Below are positions 48,542-58,587 of a stretch of DNA of 64,000 nt, piece after piece (within the stretch, counting starts at the first letter, position 1; the number at the start of each line of letters is the position of its first letter). This DNA is from Patescibacteria group bacterium (GTDB taxonomy: Bacteria > Patescibacteriota > Minisyncoccia > Phycocordibacterales > PALSA-1337). A model generated the notes under the pieces. The model was not told where the DNA came from. It was given only the letters and a program-made list of their open reading frames with translations, and made no database searches. The position numbers were made by a program, and so were the translations under genes. Where the stretch lies: the NCBI GenBank assembly GCA_028865095.1, contig JAGWLA010000002.1, positions 49,319 to 113,318 of the forward strand, written 5' to 3'.

Positions 48542-49834
48542 TCAGCGCCCCCAATGCTTCCTCTCGACGCGCTTCATGTAGTCGGGGAGGTCGTCGATCG
48601 GCACCGTCTCCTGGGAATAGGTGTCGACGCGGCGGACGATGGCGGAGCGCTCGACCGCCTCTTTCTTGCCGATGACGATGACGTACGGGGTATGGTAGCG
48701 CTCGACCGTCGAGACCTGGGCTCCGAGCCGGTCCTTGGCCAGGGAGAGATAGAGCGGGATCTTGGCTTTGCGGAGCCGCTCGATGACGTCGAGGGACATG
48801 AGCTTCGATTCGATGCCGAGCTGGACGAACGAGGCGATCGGGCGCTTGATGCGCTTGACCGCGCCGCGGAGGCCGCGGCCGCTCTCCTTGATGAGGAGGG
48901 AGAGGCCGACTCCCTGGATGTCCTTCTTCATGCCGAGCCTCTTGGCCAGGCCGTTGTAGCGCACGCCGATGCCGAGCACGCGCTGGCCTTTCGCGCCCTT
49001 GGCGCCGTCGCCGTCAGCGGCGACGATGGAGAATATCGTCTCGGTGCCGTACGAGCGGTTCCCGATGAGGCCGTTGTTGATCGAATACGGGACGCCCAGG
49101 GATTCGAGGTATTCGAGCACTTCCTCGAGATGGCGGCGGCTCGCTTCCGACAGGAAGTTCATGGCGCGCGGCGCTTTGTCGTTGATCTCCGCGCAGGCGG
49201 AGTCGTGCGACGACAGGAGCTCGAACGGCCCTTTCTTGAAGAGCTGGCGGCACTCGGGCGTCATGTCGTTGATGCATTTGCGGTAATAGGCGGTCAGCTC
49301 GCGGCTGAAGCGGGCGAGGGAATCGCGGTCGCCGACGCTGTTCACTTCCACCCGGGTGTCCGCGTAGCCTTCTTCGGCGAGCATGGCGCGGCCGGCCTGG
49401 ACGAGGGTGGCCTCGGCGATCGGCCCCGAAGCGCCGATGATCTCCAAGTCGGCGTAGCGGTGGTGCGGGCTCTTCTTGGCGCCGGCGGAGCCGATGCCCC
49501 TGCACGGGTCTTTGAGGTACAGGCATACCGGCTGGGTCAGGGAGGCCCAGTCCTCTTCATGATAGGTGCGGATGAGGGCGATCTTCTCTTCGACGCGGAG
49601 CGGCATCTTGCCATGGCTCTCCGTCTCGTCGTCGATATAGTCGCCGTCGGTGATCCCTTTGGCGGCGTCGAGGTCGGCTTTCGATATGGCAGGGCTCTTG
49701 ATGGGAGAGAAGCCGTAATACATCGCCACTTCGCCGATCTTGTCCAGATGGTCGATGGGCACGAACCGCGAGGCTCCTTTCGAGCTCCGCTGCTCGCCCT
49801 CCGTCCCCGGCTTGTGGTCAGTTCGCTGGTTCAT
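48542..49834 (-). CDS. Degenerate histidyl-tRNA synthetase paralogue retaining the anticodon-binding domain
   Basis: YYGF..I..P, LR.E, INSVG-like motif, GVRYNGL and a C-terminal HGTP anticodon domain; motif 2/3 Arg residues are not recognisable. Confidence 0.75.
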   Translation of the reverse strand: MNQRTDHKPGTEGEQRSSKGASRFVPIDHLDKIGEVAMYYGFSPIKSPAISKADLDAAKGITDGDYIDDETESHGKMPLRVEEKIALIRTYHEEDWASLTQPVCLYLKDPCRGIGSAGAKKSPHHRYADLEIIGASGPIAEATLVQAGRAMLAEEGYADTRVEVNSVGDRDSLARFSRELTAYYRKCINDMTPECRQLFKKGPFELLSSHDSACAEINDKAPRAMNFLSEASRRHLEEVLEYLESLGVPYSINNGLIGNRSYGTETIFSIVAADGDGAKGAKGQRVLGIGVRYNGLAKRLGMKKDIQGVGLSLLIKESGRGLRGAVKRIKRPIASFVQLGIESKLMSLDVIERLRKAKIPLYLSLAKDRLGAQVSTVERYHTPYVIVIGKKEAVERSAIVRRVDTYSQETVPIDDLPDYMKRVERKHWGR

Positions 49835-50402
49835 GGTAGGAGCCGGGCAGGAACGATATCTGGCTCAAAGGGGTGAGCCGCACGATCGGCCTGCCGATGA
49901 TGAGGGAAGCGTCGAGAGGCCCCCACGCCCGGGAATCGGAGCTCTGGGCGCGGTTGTCGCCCATGACGAAGTATTGGCTGGGGCCGAGCGGATATACGCC
50001 GTCGTCATGCGACGCATGGCTCGGCGATACGTAGGGCTGCGGCACCGCGACCGTGGTGGTCGCGCCGGGCTCCCTGACGCCGACCTCGCCGTCCTTCACG
50101 ACCACGATCTCGCCGGGGAGGCCGATGATGCGCTTGATATAGTATATGCTCGGGTCGTCGGGGAAGCGGAAGACGATCACGTCTCCCCGCTGGGGCTTCT
50201 CGAAATCATACGTCAGCCTATCGACGATCAGGAACTGCCCGGTGGAGAAGGTCGGGTCCATCGAAGCGCCGTTCACCACGAACGGCTCGGCGATGAAGAG
50301 GCGGATCGGGATCGCCACCGCCAGGGCGATGACGATCACTTTCGCCCATTCCCAGACGGTGCGCCTGAACGAGGTGTTGGGTTGGCCCGCTTCAGGTGGC
50401 AT
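49818..50402 (-). CDS. lepB: Signal peptidase I
   Basis: GASMDPT, RGDVIVF, YIKRIIGLPG, GDNRAQSSDSR.WG. Confidence 0.95.
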   Translation of the reverse strand: MPPEAGQPNTSFRRTVWEWAKVIVIALAVAIPIRLFIAEPFVVNGASMDPTFSTGQFLIVDRLTYDFEKPQRGDVIVFRFPDDPSIYYIKRIIGLPGEIVVVKDGEVGVREPGATTTVAVPQPYVSPSHASHDDGVYPLGPSQYFVMGDNRAQSSDSRAWGPLDASLIIGRPIVRLTPLSQISFLPGSYHEPAN

Positions 50403-50494
50403 GATGGCGTGTATTGTATTCCTCATCGGGGTTCGGCGCAAGCTCCCCGCCGCCGGGCTCTTGATGCCGCGTCCCTCTCTGATATACTTCCGCC

Positions 50495-51112
50495 ATGCCC
50501 TATATCATCGCCGGCCTCGGGAATCCCGGGGAAGAGTACGAAGGCACCCGCCACAATGCGGGCCGCATGGTCCTCGAAGCCATCAGGAAGGGATATGCCG
50601 CTTCCGCCTTCGAGCACGACAAGAAGCTGAACGCCCTCACAGCCGAAGCCACGATCGGCGGCGCCAAGGCCCTGCTCGTCGCCCCCGACGGCTTCATGAA
50701 CAATTCAGGGAAGTCTCTCGCACCCATCGTCACAGCCAAGAAGGACGCGGCGCTCAAGCGGAACGCCGCCAACGGCCTGCTAGTCATATATGACGACTTC
50801 CAGCTGCCGATCGGCAGGATGAAGCTGTCTTACGATAAGAGCTCGGGCGGCCATAACGGCCTCGAGTCGGTCATCAAGGCCGTGAAGACGCAGGCTTTCC
50901 CGCGCCTGCGCATCGGCACCGCTCCCGCCGACGCCAAAGGCAACGCCAAAGTCCCCCACGGCGACGAGAAGATCGAGAAGTTCATCCTCGGGCCCTTCAA
51001 GCCCGAAGAGCTGAAAGCCCTAAAGAAAGCGGCGGCCAAAGCCGTCAAAGTCGCGGAGATATGGGTCAAAGAGGGGAGAGAGAAGGCCACGAACGTGGCC
51101 AACACGGACTAG
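50495..51112 (+). CDS. pth: Peptidyl-tRNA hydrolase
   Basis: GLGNPG..Y..TRHNAG, FMNNSG, GGHNGL.S, RLRIG. Confidence 0.96.
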   Translation: MPYIIAGLGNPGEEYEGTRHNAGRMVLEAIRKGYAASAFEHDKKLNALTAEATIGGAKALLVAPDGFMNNSGKSLAPIVTAKKDAALKRNAANGLLVIYDDFQLPIGRMKLSYDKSSGGHNGLESVIKAVKTQAFPRLRIGTAPADAKGNAKVPHGDEKIEKFILGPFKPEELKALKKAAAKAVKVAEIWVKEGREKATNVANTD

Positions 51113-51122
51113 CGCTCCGTGT

Positions 51123-51422
51123 CTATCTCGTCCCGGGCACGACCTGCACCTCCGAATATGTCAGCTTCTTGGGCCCCGCGATGATGGACCACAGGTCGCT
51201 CGCCAAGGCTCCCGCCCCGGCGACCATCGATTGGGCGGGAGAGCCGGCCCGGTCGACGGCGGAAGCCACTGCGGCCCCGCTCTTGATGTCTATGCCCGTG
51301 ATCGATCCTACCCAGAAGACGGCCATGATCGCCGTGGCGCCGAACGCCCACCAGAACGCCGCGCGGCGCTTGTCCTTCTCGGGCTTCGAACGGACGTTCT
51401 CGATGTATGATCTGATGCTCAT
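51123..51422 (-). CDS. Small single-TM hypothetical protein
   Basis: R.KPE..KRR followed by a TM helix; extended -10 upstream. Confidence 0.6.
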   Translation of the reverse strand: MSIRSYIENVRSKPEKDKRRAAFWWAFGATAIMAVFWVGSITGIDIKSGAAVASAVDRAGSPAQSMVAGAGALASDLWSIIAGPKKLTYSEVQVVPGTR

Positions 51423-51478
51423 GTCGGCTTAAGCATACCACCGCCGCATGCGGGCGCAAGGCTGCGCGAGCGGCCCGG

Positions 51479-52114
51479 TCAGCACTCCGCTTCCAGGACC
51501 ATGACCTCGGCCTCTTTCCCTTCCAGGTCCTTCTTCTTGAGAGTGAGCTTCGCTTCGGGCTTCGGGCTCTCGCCGGCTTCCTTCAAGAAGGCTTTCAGGG
51601 CGTCTTTGCCGCCGATGTCCCCGAAATGGATGGGGATGATCAGCTTCGGGCCCATGGATACCGCCAGCTTATAGGCGCGGGCGGGGTCGAGCACCCCGTC
51701 GCCGCCTATCGGCACGAAGAGGATGTCCACGCCGTCGATGGCCTCGTCGGCCTCCTTCGGCAGCTCGCTCTGGTCGAGCGCGCCGAGATAGCAGATGTTC
51801 ATGCCCTCGAGCGTCACCGAATATATGGTGTTGATCCGCTTCTCTCCGCCGTATCCGGAATCGGAAGCGAAGCCTTTGATGAAGACGCCCTTGGCCTCGT
51901 ATTCGCCGGGGCCGGTGATGGCGAACGGCTTCTTGTCGCCGAACGTCACCTGGTCGATGCCGTTCATGTCCTCGTGGTTGAGCGACGAGAGCACGATGTC
52001 GGCGCCGTACTTGGCCGGCTTGAGCTTCGAGTCCTTGGAAACCGGATTGAACGCCAGGACCGTGTCGCCGAACTGGGCTTTGACGGATTCTCCGCCGAGG
52101 AAGGTGATGATCAT
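51479..52114 (-). CDS. MBL-fold metallo-hydrolase (Lactamase_B_3-like)
   Basis: ITFLG, GPGEYE..GV, DILFVPIGG, PKLIIPIHF; the metal ligands are degenerate. Confidence 0.8.
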   Translation of the reverse strand: MIITFLGGESVKAQFGDTVLAFNPVSKDSKLKPAKYGADIVLSSLNHEDMNGIDQVTFGDKKPFAITGPGEYEAKGVFIKGFASDSGYGGEKRINTIYSVTLEGMNICYLGALDQSELPKEADEAIDGVDILFVPIGGDGVLDPARAYKLAVSMGPKLIIPIHFGDIGGKDALKAFLKEAGESPKPEAKLTLKKKDLEGKEAEVMVLEAEC

Positions 52115-52259
52115 ATGGCTGGTAATCTAGCATAGAAGCTGCTATAGTTCCACCGAACGGCGCATGCCGTTTTACGTTCGCAGTTAACAGCCCGCGTCAT
52201 CCCGCCTTTATTATCATAAGCCCGGCAACGGGCGAACTGGCGGCTCGCGGGACATATCA

Positions 52260-53471
52260 ATGTTCAAAAAGCTCAAAGAGACCCTCGTCGGCGCCCCTGC
52301 CGGCGAACCGGCCCGGGCGGCCGCCGCAGATCCTGCTTCCTCCGATAAGGACGGAGCCGCCCCCGCCAAGAAGAAAGAAGCGGAGATGGTCCTGACCGAC
52401 GCCCAGAAAGCGAGCGCCATGGCGCCTTTCGTCGCGTCCATGAAGAACCCTCCGGTCATCGGCGACCTCGTCGAAGGGCCGGTCATCGCCCTCGATAAGG
52501 CGGCCGTCTACGTCGACCTCGCCCCGTTCGGCACCGGCATCATATACGGCCGCGAATTCATCGTGGCCCGCGACGTCATCAAGAAGATCAACGTCGGCGA
52601 CGTCATCGCCGCCAAGATCGTGGACGATGCGCACAAGGAAGGCTATCTCGAGCTCTCCCTGAAGGAGGCCCGCCAAGCGCTCATCTGGAGCGAGGCCGAA
52701 GCCGCCATCAAGGAGAAGAAGTCTCTCGACCTTCCCGTCAAGGAAGCCAACAAGGGCGGCCTCCTCATCGAATGGCAGGGCATCGTCGGCTTCCTGCCGG
52801 CGTCCCAGCTCAAGGCCGACCATTATCCCCGCGTCTCCGACGGCGACAAGGACAAGATCCTCGACGAGCTCAAGAAGCTCGTCGGCACCCGCCTCGAAGT
52901 GTCGATCATCACCGCCGACCCGAAGGAAGGCAAGCTCATCTTCTCGGAGAAGGGCTCCGAGCACAAAGAGAAGGAGAAGATCGTCAGCAAATACGAGATC
53001 GGCGACGAGGTCGAAGGCCTGGTCACCGGCGTGGTGGACTTCGGCGTCTTCGTCAAGCTGGAGGAAGGCCTCGAAGGCCTGGTCCATATCTCCGAGATCG
53101 ACTGGGGCCTGGTGGACGACCCTCGCAACTTCGTGAAGACCGGCCAGAAGATCAAGGCCAAGATCATCGAGATCAAGGACGGCAAGATCTCCTTGTCCAT
53201 GAAGCAGCTCCGCCCCAATCCGTGGCTGGAAGCCTCCAAGAAGTACAAGAAGGACATGCCCGTCACCGGCGTCATCATCAAATTCAACAAGCACGGCGCC
53301 CTCGCCTCCATCGAGGAGGGAGTGGCCGGCCTGGTCCATGTCTCCGAGTTCGGCTCCGAGGAGAAGCTCCGCAAAGCCCTCGAGCTCGGCAAGACCTATC
53401 CGTTCAAGATCGCCCTCTTCGACCCGAAAGACCAGAAGATGGCCCTCTCGTTCGCGGGGGACAAGAAATAA
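52260..53471 (+). CDS. rpsA: 30S ribosomal protein S1 (4 S1 domains)
   Basis: GFLPASQL, DFGVFV...EGLVHISEI, GLVHVSE. Confidence 0.93.
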   Translation: MFKKLKETLVGAPAGEPARAAAADPASSDKDGAAPAKKKEAEMVLTDAQKASAMAPFVASMKNPPVIGDLVEGPVIALDKAAVYVDLAPFGTGIIYGREFIVARDVIKKINVGDVIAAKIVDDAHKEGYLELSLKEARQALIWSEAEAAIKEKKSLDLPVKEANKGGLLIEWQGIVGFLPASQLKADHYPRVSDGDKDKILDELKKLVGTRLEVSIITADPKEGKLIFSEKGSEHKEKEKIVSKYEIGDEVEGLVTGVVDFGVFVKLEEGLEGLVHISEIDWGLVDDPRNFVKTGQKIKAKIIEIKDGKISLSMKQLRPNPWLEASKKYKKDMPVTGVIIKFNKHGALASIEEGVAGLVHVSEFGSEEKLRKALELGKTYPFKIALFDPKDQKMALSFAGDKK

Positions 53472-53491
53472 GCCCGCTCCGCGGCGCGCTG

Positions 53492-53514
53492 AAAAGGCCC
53501 TTCAAGGGCCTTTT
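53492..53514 (+). terminator. Intrinsic terminator after rpsA
   Basis: aaaaggccctt / aagggcctttt inverted repeat. Confidence 0.75.
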
Positions 53515-53549
53515 CTTATGGGCCGTTTTTTGCTATAATGGGGAGACCT

Positions 53550-56018
53550 ATGGCCAAGAAACCGGAGGAGAAGATGCCTGACGAGCGCCCGGCCCAGACC
53601 GGCGTCGTCGCGCGCTCGATCACGACCGAGATGCGCGAGTCATACCTCGACTATGCCATGTCCGTCATCACGGCGCGCGCCCTTCCGGACGTGCGCGACG
53701 GCCTCAAGCCCGTCCATCGCCGCATCCTTTACGCCATGCACGAGAAAGGCCTGACCGCTTCCGCCAAGTTCCGCAAATCGGCCGTGGTGGTCGGCGACGT
53801 GCTCGGCAATTATCACCCGCACGGCGACGTGGCCGTCTACGACACCCTCGTCGGCATGGCCCAGGATTTCCGCATGCGCTACCCGCTCGTCCAGGGGCAG
53901 GGCAACTTCGGCAACATCGACGGCGACCCGGCCGCCGCCATGCGCTACACCGAGGCCCGCATGTCCCGGCCGGCCGCGGAATTGCTGCGCGACATCGACA
54001 AGGACACCGTCGACTTCAGGCCTAACTACGACGGCACGCGCACGGAGCCCGTCGTCCTCCCCACGGCCGTGCCGAACATGCTCCTGAACGGCACGCTCGG
54101 CATCGCCGTCGGCATGGCCACGAACATCGCCCCCCACAACCTGGGCGAAGTCGTCGATGCGACGGCCCACCTCATCGAGAACAAGGACGCCACCACCGAA
54201 GACCTCCTCGGCTTCATCAAGGGCCCCGATTTCCCGACCGGCGCCGTCATGTACGGCGAGAAGGACATCCATCACGCCTATACCACCGGCCGCGGCCCCA
54301 TCGTGGTGCGCGGCGAGGCCGAGATCATCGAAGACAAGAAAGGCCAATACCAGATCGTCATCACTTCCATCCCGTACCGCGTCAACAAGGCCGAGCTCAT
54401 CATGAAGATCGCCGACCTCGTCCGCGACAAGGTCATCGAGGGAGTCCGCGCCCTTCGCGACGAGTCCGACAAGGACCTGCGCATCGTCATCGAGCTCAAG
54501 CAGGGCTCGTTCCCCGAGAAGACCCTCAACCTCCTCTATAAGCACACCCAGCTCGAGGACAGCTTCCACGTCAACATGGTGGCTCTGGTTAACGGCGTGC
54601 CCCAGACCCTCGGCCTCAAGTCCATCCTCCAGGAATTCGTCGCCCACCGCATCGAGGTCATCCGCCGCCGGACCAAGTTCGACCTCGACGCCGCCCAGGC
54701 CCGCGAGCACATCCTCCTCGGCCTGAAGAAGGCCCTCGACCACATCGACGAGATCATCAGCCTCATCCGGGCCTCGAAGGACGTCGCCGACGCCAAGGCC
54801 GGCCTGATGAAGAAGTTCAAGTTCAGCGACCTCCAGGCCCAGGCCATCCTCGACATGCGCCTCCAGAAGCTCGCTGGCCTCGAGCGCAAGAAAGTCCTCG
54901 ACGAGCTCGCCGAGGTCCAGGCCCTCATCGAGGAGCTCAAAGGCATCCTCGGCTCGGAGAAGAAGGTCCGCGGCATCATCACCAAGGAGCTCGCCGAGAT
55001 CAAGGCCAAGTACGGCGACGACCGCCGGACCAAGCTGGTCAAGCACGGCGTCAAGGAATTCAAGGCAGAGGACCTCATCGCCGACGAGGAATCCGTGCTC
55101 GTCCTCACCAAGGGCGGCTACGTCAAGCGCACCGACCCCGCCGAATACCGCAAGCAGAAGCGCGGCGGCGTCGGCGTCGTCGACCTCGACACCAAGGAGG
55201 AGGATTTCATATCGCATCTCGTCTTCGCCAGCACCCATAACGACCTCCTTTTCTTCACCGACAAGGGCAAAGCCTATCAGATCAAGATGTTCGAGATCCC
55301 CGAAGGCAAGCGCGCCACCAAGGGCAAGTCCGTCATGAACTTCTTGTCGCTCGCGGAAGGGGAGCGGGTCACGTCCATCCTGCCCATGCCCAAGAACAAG
55401 AAGGAGGCCGAAGGCCTCTCGCTCATGCTCGTCACCCGCGATGGCACCGGCAAGAAGACGTCCGCCGCCCATTTCAAGGACGTCCGCCGCTCCGGCCTCA
55501 TCGCCATCACTCTCGACGCCGGGGACGAGCTCATCTCCGCAAGCTTCGCCTCGAAGGGCGACGAGGTCATGATCGCCACCAAGGACGGGCAGTCCATCCA
55601 TTTCAAAGAGTCGGATATCCGCGAGATGGGCCGCAACGCCGCCGGCGTGCGGGCCATCAAGCTCGACAAGGGCGACGCCGTCATCTCCGCCGACGTCGTC
55701 TCGAAGGGCGCCAAGAACCCCTGCCTGTTCGTTATGGGGGCCAACGGCTACGGCAAGAAGACCGAGCTGTCCGAATACAAGGTCCAGGGCAGGGGAGGCT
55801 CCGGCATTCTCACCATGAACGTCACTTCCAAGACCGGCCCGCTCATCGCCGCCAAAGTGGTGACCGACGACGACGCCGAAGTCGTGGCCATGTCCAAGAA
55901 GTCGCAGGTCATCCGGACCGACCTCAAGGAGATACCGACCCTCTCGCGCGCCACCCAGGGCGTCCGCGTCATGAAGCTCCGCGAAGGGGATTCGCTCGCC
56001 TCGCTCATCTGCCTGTAG
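53550..56018 (+). CDS. gyrA: DNA gyrase subunit A
   Basis: [29 protein letters not shown], GyrA box QKRGGVG, pinwheel repeats. Confidence 0.97.
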   Translation: MAKKPEEKMPDERPAQTGVVARSITTEMRESYLDYAMSVITARALPDVRDGLKPVHRRILYAMHEKGLTASAKFRKSAVVVGDVLGNYHPHGDVAVYDTLVGMAQDFRMRYPLVQGQGNFGNIDGDPAAAMRYTEARMSRPAAELLRDIDKDTVDFRPNYDGTRTEPVVLPTAVPNMLLNGTLGIAVGMATNIAPHNLGEVVDATAHLIENKDATTEDLLGFIKGPDFPTGAVMYGEKDIHHAYTTGRGPIVVRGEAEIIEDKKGQYQIVITSIPYRVNKAELIMKIADLVRDKVIEGVRALRDESDKDLRIVIELKQGSFPEKTLNLLYKHTQLEDSFHVNMVALVNGVPQTLGLKSILQEFVAHRIEVIRRRTKFDLDAAQAREHILLGLKKALDHIDEIISLIRASKDVADAKAGLMKKFKFSDLQAQAILDMRLQKLAGLERKKVLDELAEVQALIEELKGILGSEKKVRGIITKELAEIKAKYGDDRRTKLVKHGVKEFKAEDLIADEESVLVLTKGGYVKRTDPAEYRKQKRGGVGVVDLDTKEEDFISHLVFASTHNDLLFFTDKGKAYQIKMFEIPEGKRATKGKSVMNFLSLAEGERVTSILPMPKNKKEAEGLSLMLVTRDGTGKKTSAAHFKDVRRSGLIAITLDAGDELISASFASKGDEVMIATKDGQSIHFKESDIREMGRNAAGVRAIKLDKGDAVISADVVSKGAKNPCLFVMGANGYGKKTELSEYKVQGRGGSGILTMNVTSKTGPLIAAKVVTDDDAEVVAMSKKSQVIRTDLKEIPTLSRATQGVRVMKLREGDSLASLICL

Positions 56019-56048
56019 CCTCAGAGGAAGAAATGCCCTCTCAGAATC

Positions 56049-56074
56049 AGAACAGCCCCTGCAGGGGCTGTTCT
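56049..56074 (+). terminator. Hairpin terminator after gyrA
   Basis: agaacagcccct / aggggctgttct inverted repeat. Confidence 0.65.
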
Positions 56075-56201
56075 TCGTCCTCGACGATTCCCTGCTGGAA
56101 ATCGTCTGCGGATGTTCTTCAAGGGCGTTTCTTCCTCTGAGGCTGCGCAGCTGTCCCCAGGCGTATTCCTCGAGCATCCGTTTTCGCTGTATAATTGCAG
56201 C

Positions 56202-56720
56202 ATGTTCTCCGATCCTGCCGCGAATATCGCCAAGCTCGGCCTCGCCGAAGGCATGAAAGTGGCCGATCTCGGAGCCGGCTCCGGCTTCTATGCCATCGAG
56301 GCGGCCAAGAAAGTCGGGGCGAGCGGCCGGGTCTATGCCGTCGACGTCCAGAAGGACCTGCTCGAGCGCCTGCGCTCCGCCGCCCAGGCGGCAGGCCTCC
56401 ACAACGTCGAAGTCGTCTGGGGCAACGCCGAGAAGATCGGCGGCACCAAGCTGCGCGAAGGGGCGGCCGACCGGGCCATCGTCTCCAACGTGCTCTTCCA
56501 GGTCGCGGCGCCCGACGACTTCGCCCTCGAAGCCAAGCGCATCCTGAAGCCCGGCGGCAAAGCGCTGGTCGTCGACTGGAGCGAAGCGAGCCCGCTCGGC
56601 CCGAAGACCGTCTTCCCGTCCATGAAGGCCCAAGCCCTCTTCGAGAAGAGCGGCTTCGCGCTCGAGCAGTCGTTCAAGGCGGGCGACCATCATTACGGCC
56701 TCGTATTCACCCGCACATGA
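56202..56720 (+). CDS. Class I SAM-dependent methyltransferase
   Basis: VADLGAGSG, YAVDVQ, RILKPGG...VDW, HHYG. Confidence 0.88.
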   Translation: MFSDPAANIAKLGLAEGMKVADLGAGSGFYAIEAAKKVGASGRVYAVDVQKDLLERLRSAAQAAGLHNVEVVWGNAEKIGGTKLREGAADRAIVSNVLFQVAAPDDFALEAKRILKPGGKALVVDWSEASPLGPKTVFPSMKAQALFEKSGFALEQSFKAGDHHYGLVFTRT

Positions 56721-58018
56721 AGATATCCAAGTTCCAGCTCATCGTCCTCATCGCGTTCGTCGCGTTCCTCGTCGTCGGCGTGATCCTCTTCTCGACCTTC
56801 AAGAACAATTCGACGTCGTCGCAGCTCCCCGCCATCACCATCTGGGGCACGTTCCCGAAGGCGACGTTCGACCAATATGTGGCGACCATCGATACGACTT
56901 CGTCCCAGAGGCTGACGGTCGACTATGTCCAGAAGCAGCCGGCGGCCTTCACCGGCGACTTCATCGCCGCTCTCGCCCGGGGGGCCGGGCCTGACGCTAT
57001 CCTGATCGGCGTCGACCAGCTCCTCTCGAACGAGGACAAGCTGACGCCCATACCGTATTCCGCTTTGCCGCAGCGCACGTTCCTCGATACCTACATCCAG
57101 GAGGGCGACCTCTATCTCGGCCCGAACGGGGCGCTCGGCATACCGTTCGTCGTCGACCCCCTGGTCATGTATTGGAATCGCGACCTCTTCAATTCCGCCG
57201 GCGTGGCGACGCCGCCCGCCACTTGGAACGCTTTCGACCCCTTGATCAAGGCTCTGACCGTCAAAGACTCCAGTGGCACGATATCCCGCAGCGCCGTCGC
57301 CATGGGCGATTTCACCAACGTGGACAATGCCCGAGAGCTCTTCGGGACCCTGCTCATGCAGTCGGGCGACCCGGTGACGTCCGTCGGCTCCGACGGCTCC
57401 ATCAAGAGCGGCCTTTCATCGAGCGCCCGGAGCAGCCCGATCCCCGCCCTCCAGTTCTTCGCCAAGTTCGTCGACCCGTCGAACGCCGACTATTCCTGGA
57501 ACAGGAGCTGGCCCGACTCGAAGACCGCCTTCCTGGCCGGCAATCTCGCGACGTATTTCGGCTTCGCATCCGAGCTCTCCGACATCAAAGCCAAGAACCC
57601 CAATCTCGGCTTCGACGTGGCGGCGCTCCCGCAAGCGAGCTCCGGCGGCGTGGCTGCGACGTATGGCAAGATGTACGGCTTCTCGCTGGTCAAGGCGTCG
57701 AGCAACACGTCCGCCGCGTACCAGGTCATCGCCACTTTGGCGTCGCCGCAGTATCTGTCGTCCCTCGAGAAGCAGCTCTATCTGCCTTCCGTCCTTCGGA
57801 CGAACATCGCCGCCGGGTCGAGCGATCCCTATGTCTCCATCTTCGACAAATCCGCCCTCATCGCCGACGCGTGGCTCGATGCCGACCCCGCCCAGTCCTC
57901 GCAGATATTCGGCGCCATGGTCCAGGCCGTGACGAGCGGCCAGAAGACCGCCGAACAGGCGGTCCGCGACGCGGGAGGCCAGTATGACGCCCTCTTGCAG
58001 AGAGCGCTCCAACAATGA
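56717..58018 (+). CDS. Membrane-anchored extracellular solute-binding protein (family 1)
   Basis: ITIWG, GPD, P..VDPL.MYWNRDLF, PPATW, F..G..A; no permease nearby. Confidence 0.82.
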   Translation: MKISKFQLIVLIAFVAFLVVGVILFSTFKNNSTSSQLPAITIWGTFPKATFDQYVATIDTTSSQRLTVDYVQKQPAAFTGDFIAALARGAGPDAILIGVDQLLSNEDKLTPIPYSALPQRTFLDTYIQEGDLYLGPNGALGIPFVVDPLVMYWNRDLFNSAGVATPPATWNAFDPLIKALTVKDSSGTISRSAVAMGDFTNVDNARELFGTLLMQSGDPVTSVGSDGSIKSGLSSSARSSPIPALQFFAKFVDPSNADYSWNRSWPDSKTAFLAGNLATYFGFASELSDIKAKNPNLGFDVAALPQASSGGVAATYGKMYGFSLVKASSNTSAAYQVIATLASPQYLSSLEKQLYLPSVLRTNIAAGSSDPYVSIFDKSALIADAWLDADPAQSSQIFGAMVQAVTSGQKTAEQAVRDAGGQYDALLQRALQQ

Positions 58019-58022
58019 CCTT

Positions 58023-58541
58023 ATGAAGAAGACCCGACGGCAAATGCTCGCGTACGCTCTCGCCGCCCTCCTCGCGGCGGGCGCTCCGGCCGCCGCCGCG
58101 CTGGCCCAGAGCTCGACGGTCGGTTCGGGGCAGGTCCAGATCAATCAGGCGCCGACCAATGGCCCGTTCGGGGCTTTCCAGATCGTCCAGTGCGATGGGC
58201 CGACCTTGCCGGGGGACGCCTCTTCGCTGGCTTATCTGGCTTCTTTCAAAGCCCAGACCGGGCGCGACTATGTGCCGTGCGACTTCAAGGGCTTCATGGG
58301 ACAGGTCCAATTCCTGATGAACGTCATGATCGTCCTCGGCGTCCTGGCCGGCATCGGGGTGTCCGCCTATGCCGGCTATCTCTATATCACCGGCACCGAG
58401 AAGAACATATCGAAGGCCAAGGAGATATTCCCAAAACTGGCGTGGGGCTTTATACTTATGCTGACCGCTTGGTTCATCGTCTATCAGATCCTGGTGTGGC
58501 TGACGGGCAGCGGCGGGTATCTGGCCGGCGGCGGGTCGTAA
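58023..58541 (+). CDS. VirB2/TrbC-like (T4SS-pilin type) protein 1
   Basis: Signal peptide, IVQC...C, two TM helices with YAGYLYI...KAK...GF...L.AW.IV. Confidence 0.7.
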   Translation: MKKTRRQMLAYALAALLAAGAPAAAALAQSSTVGSGQVQINQAPTNGPFGAFQIVQCDGPTLPGDASSLAYLASFKAQTGRDYVPCDFKGFMGQVQFLMNVMIVLGVLAGIGVSAYAGYLYITGTEKNISKAKEIFPKLAWGFILMLTAWFIVYQILVWLTGSGGYLAGGGS

Positions 58542-58587
58542 CATGCATCGTATGGATAGCCGATATATCATGACCATAAAGAATACT

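Noticed and set aside
53640-56693. 1017-aa ORF antisense to gyrA, and similar long antisense or alternate-frame ORFs over gyrB, mrdA, rnr, murF and lysS
   Set aside because: Shadow ORFs expected from high GC3 codon bias. They have no recognisable motifs and fully overlap well-supported genes.
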